This document shows, piece by piece, positions 1 through 6,624 of a stretch of 64,000 bases of DNA. A program made the position numbers and the translations under genes. Within the stretch, counting starts at the first letter, position 1, and every line of letters starts with the position of its first letter. The DNA lies in the NCBI GenBank assembly GCA_963666315.2, contig CAXXHG010000046.1, positions 12,131 through 76,130 of the forward strand. The letters run 5' to 3'. The notes beneath the pieces were generated by a model. That model saw only the letters and a list, made by a program, of their open reading frames with translations. It did no database searches and was not told where the DNA came from. The stretch comes from Candidatus Binatia bacterium (GTDB taxonomy: Bacteria; Desulfobacterota; Binatia; Bin18).

Positions 1-492
1 GATCTCTACTGGGACCACCCGCCTCGCCCGTTTGCAGAATTGATCGGCACCGAAACTGTCCGCGAACGTGGCGTTCCGACTGTCGAGGTGCTCGGTGCCG
101 GCGTAGAACGCGTAGCCTTTAGTCTTTACCGAGGAACACTGATCACGCGCGAAGCCGAAGGCTTTCTCAATTGGTGGGACTGGCTGCAAACTCATCCACC
201 AGCACAAGAACGACAGGTAGTCACACAAAAAGTCGTGCAGGCCATTACCCACATGCATGCTGCCGGCATCTACCACGCCGATCTCAATCTGACCAATATC
301 CTTGTCCGTCTCGAATCCGGGCAGCTCGAGACTCTGATTATCGACTTCGACCGCGCCCGTATTTTCACGACCGCCCTTTCCTCGTCTCGTCACAAACACA
401 CCTTCGACCGCCTCCTACGCTCGATCAAGAAACTTGATCCCAAGGCACAATTTCTTCCGTTCGCGGAACGCGACGTTTTTCTCAACTGCTGA
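1..492 (+). CDS. Lipopolysaccharide/Kdo kinase family protein (InaA/WaaP-like), 5' end outside the window
   Basis: The frame is open from base 1, with no stop before the TTG at 40. The translation carries kinase-like catalytic motifs HADLNLTNILV and IDFDRA. Stop is TGA at 490-492. Confidence 0.75.
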   Translation, partial: DLYWDHPPRPFAELIGTETVRERGVPTVEVLGAGVERVAFSLYRGTLITREAEGFLNWWDWLQTHPPAQERQVVTQKVVQAITHMHAAGIYHADLNLTNILVRLESGQLETLIIDFDRARIFTTALSSSRHKHTFDRLLRSIKKLDPKAQFLPFAERDVFLNC

Positions 493-520
493 GCATTCTG
501 CAGCATTCCTTTGCCACCCA
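442..520 (+). repeat. Direct repeat DR-A: last ~16 codons of the kinase gene plus ~28 nt downstream; partner at 6197-6275
   Basis: Ungapped hand alignment with 6197-6275 gives 65 of 79 identical positions. Shared blocks include CAATTTCTTCCG, CGCGACGTTTTTCTCAACTGC and TTCCTTTGCCACCCA. Confidence 0.85.
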
Positions 521-559
521 TTCAGCCCGATCGATCGGCTCTAGCGGGCGTTGGAGCTG

Positions 560-748
560 GGCGATGGCGCAGGGTGAGGCTGCAGGAGTTAGACGGCAAG
601 AAGCTGCAGTCTCACATCGTTGATCCGAGACTTGAAGATTAGTGTCGAAAGATGCTACAGTTCTCCACATTTGGGTGGTTTGAAGGGCTATTCTACGTTC
701 GGAGTTAGCTTGCAAGAAGTCGCAGTGTTTGCCCATTTCATTCGGCAG
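560..748 (+). repeat. Unclassified ~190-nt intergenic element, copy 1 of 3 (boundaries approximate)
   Basis: Aligns end to end with 3700-3899 and 10615-10806. Conserved blocks are AAGCTGCAG, TTGAAG-18 nt-TACAGT (632-661), GTTCGGAGT and CCCATTTCATT. Confidence 0.8.
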
Positions 749-786
749 ATCCCGTTCTTAATTTCCCCCCAGACTTTCACACGAGA

Positions 787-1209
787 TTGGAGAATGGAAG
801 GGACATTTGGATAGATGCATATGTTAGAGAACGAGACAAACATTTCTTCGATCATTTCGCCCGACATGGGAGTGGGCAAGTCATACCGAAACCTAGACAT
901 GAAATCGAGGTAATACTTAAGGGATTTTCGAAAACCACATGCAAGAGAATTAGAAGAAAGAGAAAAAAGTCAATTCCGAGAGATGATATTTTTATTACCG
1001 TGGTTCATCCGTTGGACCGCTATTCTTGTGGCAGCGTTGATTTTCAGGCATTTGCTAATTCATTACCGCAAAATGATGCAGTGGTGATTTGCCATAGCGA
1101 ATTCTATCCAGCTGACAATTTGGCGAAAGAGCGTATACAACTTTACACTAACGAAAATTCTCAACTAGATAATAGAGAAATGGGTTACCTCAGTGGACTT
1201 TTTTCGTAG
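787..1209 (+). CDS. Hypothetical protein (AT-rich ORF)
   Basis: 140-aa ORF directly downstream of element copy 1. No recognisable motif, and visibly AT-richer than its neighbours. Confidence 0.3.
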   Translation: MENGRDIWIDAYVRERDKHFFDHFARHGSGQVIPKPRHEIEVILKGFSKTTCKRIRRKRKKSIPRDDIFITVVHPLDRYSCGSVDFQAFANSLPQNDAVVICHSEFYPADNLAKERIQLYTNENSQLDNREMGYLSGLFS

Positions 1210-1345
1210 AATGCAATTGACGACACATAACATAAAGTTCAAGCTGTTCCTTTCAGTCACTCGGTCTGCCTTCGGTGGCCGCTTAACTAAACGTTTAAGC
1301 GTCCGCGGTGATGGCTCCGCCTCAATACAATCCAGGATTTTCTGA

Positions 1346-2152
1346 ATGACATTCGAGTCACTGATCTCCGAAGGCGCCGCCGCCGCTGCGGCTGTGCTGG
1401 CAGAGGCGGAGGAGTGGCAGAAGATCATGGCCCTGGATGCCGAGAAGGTGTTGGACGTGTACCTGGACATCAAGTCCCCGCACGCCTACTTGGCGGTGCG
1501 GCCCTCGCTGGAGGTCGCCCGGGACTACAGGGTCCGAGTCAACTTCCTCCCGTACACGATGAGCTACGTCGCGGTCGGGCTCACGACGGGCGTGGAGCCC
1601 GACATGAAGCGTCGCCCCGCTACCCCGGCGGCCGATCGGAAGGCAAGGATGTACTACACCACGGCGCGGCAGTACGCCGTCCTGCAGGGGCTCCCGTTCC
1701 GGAGCCCGTACCGGCTCCTCGACTCTGCCTGGCCAAACAAGGCTTTCCTCTTCGCCAAGCGGCAGGGGCTGGAGGTACCCTTCCTGATGCACCTCTACGT
1801 GCAGGGCTGGGGCAGCGGCTGGCGGGACTACGAGATCGAGTCACTCGAGCGGCTGCGTGGTACGCTGGCCGAGGTAGGCGCCCGCACCGACGGTTTCGAG
1901 GAGTTCCTGGCCCCGAACGGCGCGGGGGAGGCTGAGATTAAGAGCTGTATGGCGAAGGCCGAGGCCGCTGGGTTCACGGGCGTGCCGCATTACGTCTTCA
2001 ACGACGCCCCTTCGGGCCGGGAGCTCGGCCTCTTCGGCCGGGAGCACCTCGCGCTCATCCGGGAAAAGTTTGGGGCGGAGGGGCTGGCCCGAACGCGTGC
2101 AGTGCGCCCGAAGTTCTCGCACGCCTGGCACGGCGCCCCCGCGAAGCTCTAA
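1346..2152 (+). CDS. DsbA-family / 2-hydroxychromene-2-carboxylate isomerase-like protein
   Basis: N-terminal LDVYLDIKSPHAYL and C-terminal GVPHYVF...GREHLALIREKF are typical of the HCCA-isomerase/DsbA-like fold. Very GC-rich relative to flanks. An alternative in-frame ATG lies at 1427. Confidence 0.65.
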   Translation: MTFESLISEGAAAAAAVLAEAEEWQKIMALDAEKVLDVYLDIKSPHAYLAVRPSLEVARDYRVRVNFLPYTMSYVAVGLTTGVEPDMKRRPATPAADRKARMYYTTARQYAVLQGLPFRSPYRLLDSAWPNKAFLFAKRQGLEVPFLMHLYVQGWGSGWRDYEIESLERLRGTLAEVGARTDGFEEFLAPNGAGEAEIKSCMAKAEAAGFTGVPHYVFNDAPSGRELGLFGREHLALIREKFGAEGLARTRAVRPKFSHAWHGAPAKL

Positions 2153-2228
2153 GGGGAGCTCGTTTCGACGGATGAGCAATGTTCGTCCATTTCAGTCGGC
2201 CGCCTCATTAGTAGTTTGCTAAAATAAA

Positions 2229-2789
2229 ATGATTAAAACAATAGAAGCAGCGTACGCATTTGTGCTCGAAGTGAAAATTTGCATGATTTTCGCTCAAAAA
2301 ACGGTGCATTCTTCTCTGTGGGAGAATGTCGACCTCCCTGACAGACAACCGGGGGAGAAAGGACGGGGGCAGAAAGTCACAGCGGTTTGGGCGTGGAAAA
2401 ACAAATTGCCTGCGCTCTACCCTGATGAAATCTTTTACGGCAAAATACGAGGTGGACACGCAGTATTAATGGAGATGAATTATCTGCGTGAAGAGCATTT
2501 TCCACAAGCGTATCAGCCTGTGGAAAATTTAAGTCGACTGGCCCAGTTTACTTATGAGCAGGTGAGGTTGGAACCTGGAGAGACTGGGGCACTCAGAGAT
2601 CTCGTAATCTCCGAGTATGGCGCAACAAAAAGTCAGTTCGATACGGCATTGAAGGATTTACAAATTTCACTGAATGTGGTGCGTTCAAATGGCCTCCACG
2701 TTGAGAGGGATACGTGGGTGACGTTTGAAGAGCTCTATCCGGATATTTGGGACCAATATGTCACAGATGTAGGTTTCAATGGATATTAA
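2229..2789 (+). CDS. Hypothetical protein, possibly AlkZ-related / winged-helix family (weak recollection)
   Basis: 186-aa ORF whose stop overlaps the GNAT start by 11 nt, suggesting an operon. N-terminus MIKTIEAAYAFVLEV and the FDTALKDLQISLNVV segment resemble the small AlkZ-related family as I remember it. Confidence 0.4.
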   Translation: MIKTIEAAYAFVLEVKICMIFAQKTVHSSLWENVDLPDRQPGEKGRGQKVTAVWAWKNKLPALYPDEIFYGKIRGGHAVLMEMNYLREEHFPQAYQPVENLSRLAQFTYEQVRLEPGETGALRDLVISEYGATKSQFDTALKDLQISLNVVRSNGLHVERDTWVTFEELYPDIWDQYVTDVGFNGY

Positions 2790-3234
2790 AGTTGATGATT
2801 TGACCGGCGCTGAGATAGCTGAATTCTTGCAGGAACATCTCCGGAGTATGGTGCAATATTCTCCGCCCGAAAGCAACCATGCGCTAGATATTGAGGACTT
2901 GCGTAAGCCTGAAATTACATTTTGGAGCGTATGGGCTAATTCCGAATTGCTGGGATGCGGGGCTCTTAGAGAATTAAACTCCGATCATGGTGAAATTAAA
3001 TCTATGCGTACTGCTGCATTGCATCTACGTAAGGGAGTCGCAGCCAAATTGCTCAAGCATATATTAGAAGAGGCGAAACATCGCAAATATAAGCGGGTGA
3101 GTTTAGAAACAGGGTCAATGGATGCCTTTGTTCCGGCTCATAATTTATACGCTACTTTTGGCTTCAAAAAGTGCGGGCCATTCGCAGATTATGTTGAAGA
3201 TCCATATAGCATATATATGACAAAAGAATTATGA
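2779..3234 (+). CDS. GNAT family N-acetyltransferase
   Basis: The acetyl-CoA binding core is present: GEIKSMRTAALHLRKGVAAKLLKHILEEA ... SLETG ... AHNLYATFGFKKCG. Confidence 0.85.
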   Translation: MDIKVDDLTGAEIAEFLQEHLRSMVQYSPPESNHALDIEDLRKPEITFWSVWANSELLGCGALRELNSDHGEIKSMRTAALHLRKGVAAKLLKHILEEAKHRKYKRVSLETGSMDAFVPAHNLYATFGFKKCGPFADYVEDPYSIYMTKEL

Positions 3235-3244
3235 AGGAGGCATT

Positions 3245-3674
3245 ATGCCTACCAAAGAATCAAAGGAGGTTCTTATGGGTTTTGAGGCACTCAATACATG
3301 GCTCGATGCCTACGGTAAGGCGTGGGAAAACTAAGACCCCGATGCCGCAGCAGCGCTCTTCACCGAGGATGGGACCTACGCCTGGGGTCCGTTCACCGAA
3401 CCGATCAAGGGCAAGCAGGCCATTCGACGGGCCTGGGAGACGGCCACCCAGGGGAACCACGGGGATCGCGTTTGGTTGCGAACCCCTCGCGGTGACTGAA
3501 GACGGTCGGCATATCGCACGCTGGTGGGCGTCGATGAAATCCGTGCCGGCGAGCCGGTCCGTCAGGATGGAAGGGATCTTTCTGAACACGTTGACCGAGA
3601 GTGGTCGATGCAGTGGATTCCGAGAGTGGTGGAACGAAGATCCACCCGCAACGGTAGCTTCGGAGTTCGAATAA
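3245..3674 (+). pseudogene. NTF2/SnoaL-like protein gene, disrupted
   Basis: From ATG 3245 it reads ...WLDAYGKAWEN then an in-frame TAA at 3332-3334, then DPDAAAALFTEDGTYAWGPF...RRAWETATQG. The family-typical continuation GIAFGCEPLAVTEDGRHIARWWASM...FREWWNE is in the +1 frame. The shift lies near the G4 runs at ~3450-3468. Confidence 0.7.
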
Positions 3675-3699
3675 ATTCGGCCAGTCTAGTCCCAGCCCA

Positions 3700-3899
3700 T
3701 ATAGCCTGGCTCAGCCAAGGGCGTTAGACTCCGGTGGGTTGGGCTACACCAAGCTGCAGTGGAACACCTTTAATACTAGACCTGAAGGTTTGGGGCGAAA
3801 GATGCTACAGTCCGACACGATTTTGCGGTCTGCGGAGCTATTTTGCGTTCAGAGTCCGCGTGCGAGACCTTGCAGTGTTCTCCCATTTCATTCACTCAG
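3700..3899 (+). repeat. Unclassified ~190-nt intergenic element, copy 2 of 3
   Basis: Contains AAGCTGCAG (3751-3759), CTGAAG-18 nt-TACAGT (3782-3811), GCGTTCAGAGT and CCCATTTCATT (3882-3892). Confidence 0.8.
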
Positions 3900-3939
3900 A
3901 AAAAACAGAGAGTACCTGTCACTCCTGGAGGAGTTTATG

Positions 3940-4141
3940 CGCTGCAGACATACTGTTTTCGCACTGGTCCTTAATCGTTGGGCAGCATGACATTCCAGAG
4001 GTGATCAAGATAAGCGACACGCTGGCACAGAAGATTACGACCGCAAAGAGAACGGTACTCCCCAACGCCGGGCATCTCCCGTATCTGGAACAACCAGCGG
4101 AGTTCAACCATATTGTATTGGATCTTCTCAACGCACAGTGA
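3940..4141 (+). pseudogene. Alpha/beta-hydrolase gene remnant (C-terminal third only)
   Basis: The translation LIVGQHDIPEV...VLPNAGHLPYLEQPAEFNHIVLDLL is the canonical C-terminal His-loop region of alpha/beta hydrolases. No nucleophile-elbow region lies upstream, where element copy 2 sits instead. Confidence 0.55.
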
Positions 4142-4153
4142 GGGCTCTCAAAC

Positions 4154-5473
4154 TTGCTATTACACGATAGAAGATACCCTAACCTGACGTTCCAGCGCTT
4201 CGCCGCCGGCTGGCTAGTGGGCCTGGTTGTGGCCACCAGCCTGCTGCATCCGGACCTAACTCAGGCCCAACCCCGGGGCTTTATGGTCGACGCAGTCTTT
4301 GGCAGTGAACGGCTCCCCGGCCAGTTTAATCGCCCCAGCGGGGTAGCAGTGGATAGCCAGGACCGCATTATCGTGGCGGATACAGCCAACCACCGCATAC
4401 AAGTGTGTGATGCCCAAGGGATCTGTACCGCGTTTGGCAGATTCGAGAGTGCCCCTCCTTGCCAGTTTAATTTCCCCAGCGGGGTGGCAGTCGATAGCCA
4501 AGACCGCATCATTGTGGCGGATACGTACAATTACCGCATCCAAGCGTGCGAGGCCCAAGGGACCTGTACGGCGTTTGGCAGTCTAGGCAATGACCCTGGC
4601 CAGTTTACGACCATCGGCGGGGTGGCGGTCGACAGCCAAGACCGCATCATTGTGGCGGACTATAATATTTTCAGCTTGCACGAATTTAGGGTGATGGAGG
4701 CCCGGATCCAAGTGTGTGACGCCCAAGGGGCCTGTACCGCGTTTGGCAGATTCGAGAGTGCCCCTCCTTGCCAGTTTAATTTCCCCAGCGGGGCGGCAGT
4801 CGATAGCCAAGACCGCATCATTGTGGCGGATACGTACAATTACCGCATCCAAGTGTGCGAGGCCCAGGGGATCTGTAAGGCGTTCGGCAATTTTGGGAGT
4901 GATCCCGGCCAGTTTAGTTCCCCCAGCGGGGTAGCGGTGGATAGCCGAAACCGGATTATCGTGGCGGATAAGGGCAATGACCGCATCCAGGTGTGCGGCC
5001 CCCAATGGGCTTGTACCGTGTTTGGCAGTCCAAGCAGCGCCCCCGGCCAGTTTAGTTCCCCCAGCGGGGTGGCCGTGGATAGCCAAAACCGCATTATTGT
5101 GGTGGATCGTTCCAACCACCCCATCCAAGTGTGTGACGACCAGGGGATCTGTGAGGCGTTCGGCGTTTTAGGAAAGGCCCCCGGCCAGTTTGATCACCCT
5201 AGCGGGGGGGGGGCGGTGAATAGCCAGGACCGGATTATCGTGGCGGATACACGCAACCACCGCATCCAAATCCTCATCGTCTCGGCAAGTCTCCTCGGAA
5301 GTCCCAGTTACTGCAGGGTCAATGGGCTGTGTGGCGTAGGGGAAGGGGATTGTGATGGCGGCCACGAATGCCAGGCCGGCCTTGTGTGCGTGAACGATGT
5401 GGGCGCGCAGTACGGCTTCCGCACCATCGTCGATGTGTGTGTAGCCCCATCAGGTGGAGCGCAAGCGGGTTGA
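4154..5473 (+). CDS. Secreted NHL-repeat (beta-propeller) protein with Cys-rich C-terminal module
   Basis: TTG start and a signal-like N-terminus (LVGLVVATSLLHPDLTQAQ). Seven ~47-aa units of the form F.PSGVAVDSQDRIIVADT.NHRIQVCDAQG.CTAFG. The C-terminus reads CRVNGLCGVGEGDCDGGHECQAGLVCVNDVG...VDVC. Confidence 0.85.
   Translation: MLLHDRRYPNLTFQRFAAGWLVGLVVATSLLHPDLTQAQPRGFMVDAVFGSERLPGQFNRPSGVAVDSQDRIIVADTANHRIQVCDAQGICTAFGRFESAPPCQFNFPSGVAVDSQDRIIVADTYNYRIQACEAQGTCTAFGSLGNDPGQFTTIGGVAVDSQDRIIVADYNIFSLHEFRVMEARIQVCDAQGACTAFGRFESAPPCQFNFPSGAAVDSQDRIIVADTYNYRIQVCEAQGICKAFGNFGSDPGQFSSPSGVAVDSRNRIIVADKGNDRIQVCGPQWACTVFGSPSSAPGQFSSPSGVAVDSQNRIIVVDRSNHPIQVCDDQGICEAFGVLGKAPGQFDHPSGGGAVNSQDRIIVADTRNHRIQILIVSASLLGSPSYCRVNGLCGVGEGDCDGGHECQAGLVCVNDVGAQYGFRTIVDVCVAPSGGAQAG
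5204..5213 (+). repeat. G10 homopolymer inside the last NHL repeat
   Basis: The sequence agc-GGGGGGGGGG-cggtg encodes PSGGGAV where the sister repeats encode PSGVAV. Confidence 0.9.
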
Positions 5474-5577
5474 GATGCCGTGGCGACTGGCAATTTGCGT
5501 GCAGCCAACAACGCCGTTAGCCAAGTCGTGAAAGTATTCCAGCCGTCCCCACTGCCGGTACGGAGAAAGGCACAAAC

Positions 5578-6198
5578 ATGACCGCAGACCTTTTTGGAGC
5601 GATGGAAAAGCTTGAACGCATTCCAATGCAAGACGCGGAGGTTTACTACCGACGACAACTTCCGCTTGCGGAGTCGGATAACGTCGTCATGCGCCGCCTG
5701 ATTGATGAAGTTCCTTGGAGAGCTGAAACGGTCATTGTGTGGGGAAAGACCTTCCCACAACCGCGTCTCATAGCGTGGTATGGCGATCCCGGTAAGAATT
5801 ATACATACTCTGGCATTCGTCTCGAGCCGCTGCCCTGGACACACGCCTTGCTCGATATCAAGCGCAGCGTTGAAGCTGTGGCTGGCAACGACTTCAATAG
5901 CGTTCTCCTGAACTACTACCGAGACCACAGGGACAGCATGGGGTTGCATAGCGACGACGAGCCGGAACTGGGCGAACGACCCATCATTGCCTCGTTCAGC
6001 TTGGGAGAAGAACGGACGATCATCTTCAAGCATAAGACCAAGAGAGAGATGAAGCCCGTTCGGCTGAGGCTAGCATCTGGCAGCCTGCTCTTGATGAAAG
6101 GTCAGACTCAGCACCATTGGAAGCACGGGATCAACAAGGAAACACGTCCGCACGGGCCCCGTATCAATTTGACGTTCAGGCGCATCCGTTCTGTCTAA
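5578..6198 (+). CDS. alkB: Alpha-ketoglutarate/Fe(II)-dependent dioxygenase AlkB
   Basis: Contains NSVLLNYYRDHRDSMGLHSDDEPELG (HxD iron motif), HHWKHGI and RINLTFRRI, a full-length AlkB-like pattern. Confidence 0.9.
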   Translation: MTADLFGAMEKLERIPMQDAEVYYRRQLPLAESDNVVMRRLIDEVPWRAETVIVWGKTFPQPRLIAWYGDPGKNYTYSGIRLEPLPWTHALLDIKRSVEAVAGNDFNSVLLNYYRDHRDSMGLHSDDEPELGERPIIASFSLGEERTIIFKHKTKREMKPVRLRLASGSLLLMKGQTQHHWKHGINKETRPHGPRINLTFRRIRSV

Positions 6199-6275
6199 GG
6201 GGCAATTTCTTCCGCTCGCGGCCCGCGACGTTTTTCTCAACTGCGCAGCATCTCCTGGCCTTCCTTTGCCACCCA
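6197..6275 (+). repeat. Direct repeat DR-B: diverged copy of the kinase gene 3' end
   Basis: Overlaps the last two bases of the alkB stop codon. It would encode QFLPLAARDVFLNC, versus QFLPFAERDVFLNC* at the real gene end. No kinase body lies upstream. Confidence 0.85.
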
Positions 6276-6624
6276 CATCGTTGAGAATGGTGATGACATT
6301 CCTCCCGCTTAGGACCTCCTGGGTCACAACGATATCCAGACTATAATGATCGATACGCACGTATTGATCCGTGAGCGACATGGGACAACAAGCCCGGCAG
6401 ATTGCTTAGAGAACCACTGTGTGTGACATGCCGTAGATTTGGCAGGATGTCATTCCGGGGGCGAAGAGTAAGAGGGAACGTGTGGTCAATCCGAATGTTT
6501 TGTCACAATCGGGCCAATACGGGAGCAGCTAAACACCGCAAAAATTGCAAGATTTATCTATTTTCAATCAGCATATTATGATTTATACACCTTACGTGAA
6601 AAAACGGGAATAGAAACAATCGAG

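Noticed and set aside
640-660. A GAAA-tetraloop hairpin (TAGTGTC-GAAA-GATGCTA) in element copy 1 that recalled a group II intron domain V or another structured RNA.
   Set aside because: In copies 2 and 3 the left arm changes without compensating changes in the conserved right arm, so there is no covariation. The conservation fits a primary-sequence signal (promoter-like) better.
3231-3674. A 147-aa Arg/Pro-rich ORF in the track.
   Set aside because: Its N-terminal two thirds are the wrong frame over the NTF2-like pseudogene. Only its C-terminal third (GIAFGCEPLAV...) is genuine family sequence.
4154-5300. Regular ~141-nt periodic repeats that could be mistaken for a CRISPR-like or satellite array.
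   Set aside because: The period is far longer than a CRISPR repeat-spacer unit. The units translate into a continuous NHL-repeat ORF with a conserved protein motif, and there are no spacers.
5308-6033. Long antisense ORFs: 5308-6033(-), 4583-5128(-), 1358-1792(-), 18723-19388(+), 20660-21139(-), 29334-29885(-), 41555-42151(-), 46629-47111(-), 52818-53321(-), 57346-58053(-), 32571-33107(-), 35892-36371(-).
   Set aside because: Each lies opposite a confidently identified gene and has Arg/Pro/Gly/Ser-rich composition typical of GC-rich antisense frames. None has a recognisable motif.
6070-6381. A 103-aa minus-strand ORF starting MSLTDQYVRIDHYSLDIVVTQEVLSGRNVITILNDV.
   Set aside because: Only the first ~35 codons lie outside DR-B and alkB. 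The rest is antisense to alkB and Arg/Pro-rich. It may be the stump of a gene that originally converged on the kinase gene, but I cannot identify it or support it as a functional CDS.
6525-6555. A possible fourth, vestigial copy of the 190-nt element (12-nt match GCAGCTAAACAC plus TTGCAAGATTT).
   Set aside because: A single 12-mer match to a 190-nt query is expected by chance about once in a window of this size. The spacing differs and the rest does not align.
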